32,000 bases of DNA from Wallemia ichthyophaga EXF-994 (Eukaryota > Fungi > Basidiomycota). Under the pieces are notes generated by a model. The model was not told the origin of the DNA, ran no database searches, and was given only the letters and a program-made list of their open reading frames with translations. The first letter of the stretch is position 1, and each line of letters starts with the position of its first letter. The translations under genes were made by a program, and so were the position numbers. Below are positions 31,540-32,000 of this stretch, in pieces. Location of the stretch: assembly GCF_000400465.1 (NCBI RefSeq), contig NW_008806289.1, positions 30,001 through 62,000 of the forward strand, read 5' to 3'.

Positions 31540-32000
31540 TTTACTTGGTATTGTTTTCCTGCCTTGTGAGTGTCGCGGTTAACGTATGAAGGAAATGCAC
31601 GTACTTCTTTTTATAGTATGGCAGCTGTCTCCGAAATTTTCAATGTCCGCTCCGAATTCGGTATGTGATATTAAAACGCGTGTTAGATGGCCGAATTTGG
31701 TAGATCACTAAGAATAGTGTGATGTTTTTGTAAAAGTTATTGTAATTGCTACTGATATCCATTTAAGTATGTGTAGCATGTGTCAATTACATTTTTCACA
31801 AATTCCAAACATCCACGAAGCTGTCATGGACATAGAAATAGCACACAGCACAAAACACACAGAAAGAAGCACAGAGAAATAACAAAAAAAGTAAATAATC
31901 GCATTAGTTTATTATTACATCCTTTGTTTTGCTTATATGCGTATATGCGTACATGTCTCACTGGCTATTCAGCATCGAAAGCAACGCTTGAACTGATTGT

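Noticed and set aside
31552-31616. Possible 5'-UTR intron (GTACGT..GCAG) and TATAAAA upstream of the secreted-protein gene
   Set aside because: The TATA-like element and the donor are too close to both be functional, and I cannot choose between them from sequence alone.
1-32000. CRISPR arrays, tRNA/rRNA genes, transposons, prokaryotic operon signals
   Set aside because: None seen. Repeats are short coding microsatellites, nearly all sequence is accounted for by spliced fungal genes, and I found no transposase/RT motifs or terminal repeats by eye.

Overview
This window is eukaryotic, fungal DNA from an extremely compact basidiomycete-like genome. My best guess is a Wallemia-type fungus, based on gene density and intron size; I have not verified this. 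The introns I called are tiny (44-58 nt), so the ORF track fragments or misses genes. I reconstructed 18 protein-coding genes by hand. Bases 1-24.6 kb hold a tightly packed housekeeping block: VTC4, SLD2, RFT1, an Old Yellow Enzyme, PPIL1, NUP192, SEN15 (absent from the ORF track), HAM1, PNC1, RPL35, VPS41, a TMEM135-like gene, CHS5 and a SKI8-like gene. Four head-to-head pairs have only 21-36 nt between start codons, and HAM1 to PNC1 is a tandem pair 13 nt apart. From about 24.7 kb the layout loosens into an accessory-looking block. It contains an orphan gene, a stand-alone A-T-TE NRPS-like enzyme of the alpha-keto-acid-dimerising family (quinone/furanone synthetases) with a Ser/Asn/His thioesterase, a Gfd2/QIP-like DEDD protein with eroded catalytic residues, and an orphan small secreted protein. 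A CCGAWW motif recurs upstream of these four genes. I saw no tRNA, rRNA, CRISPR or transposon features. All exon boundaries and family calls come from reading the sequence and recalled motifs, not from database searches.
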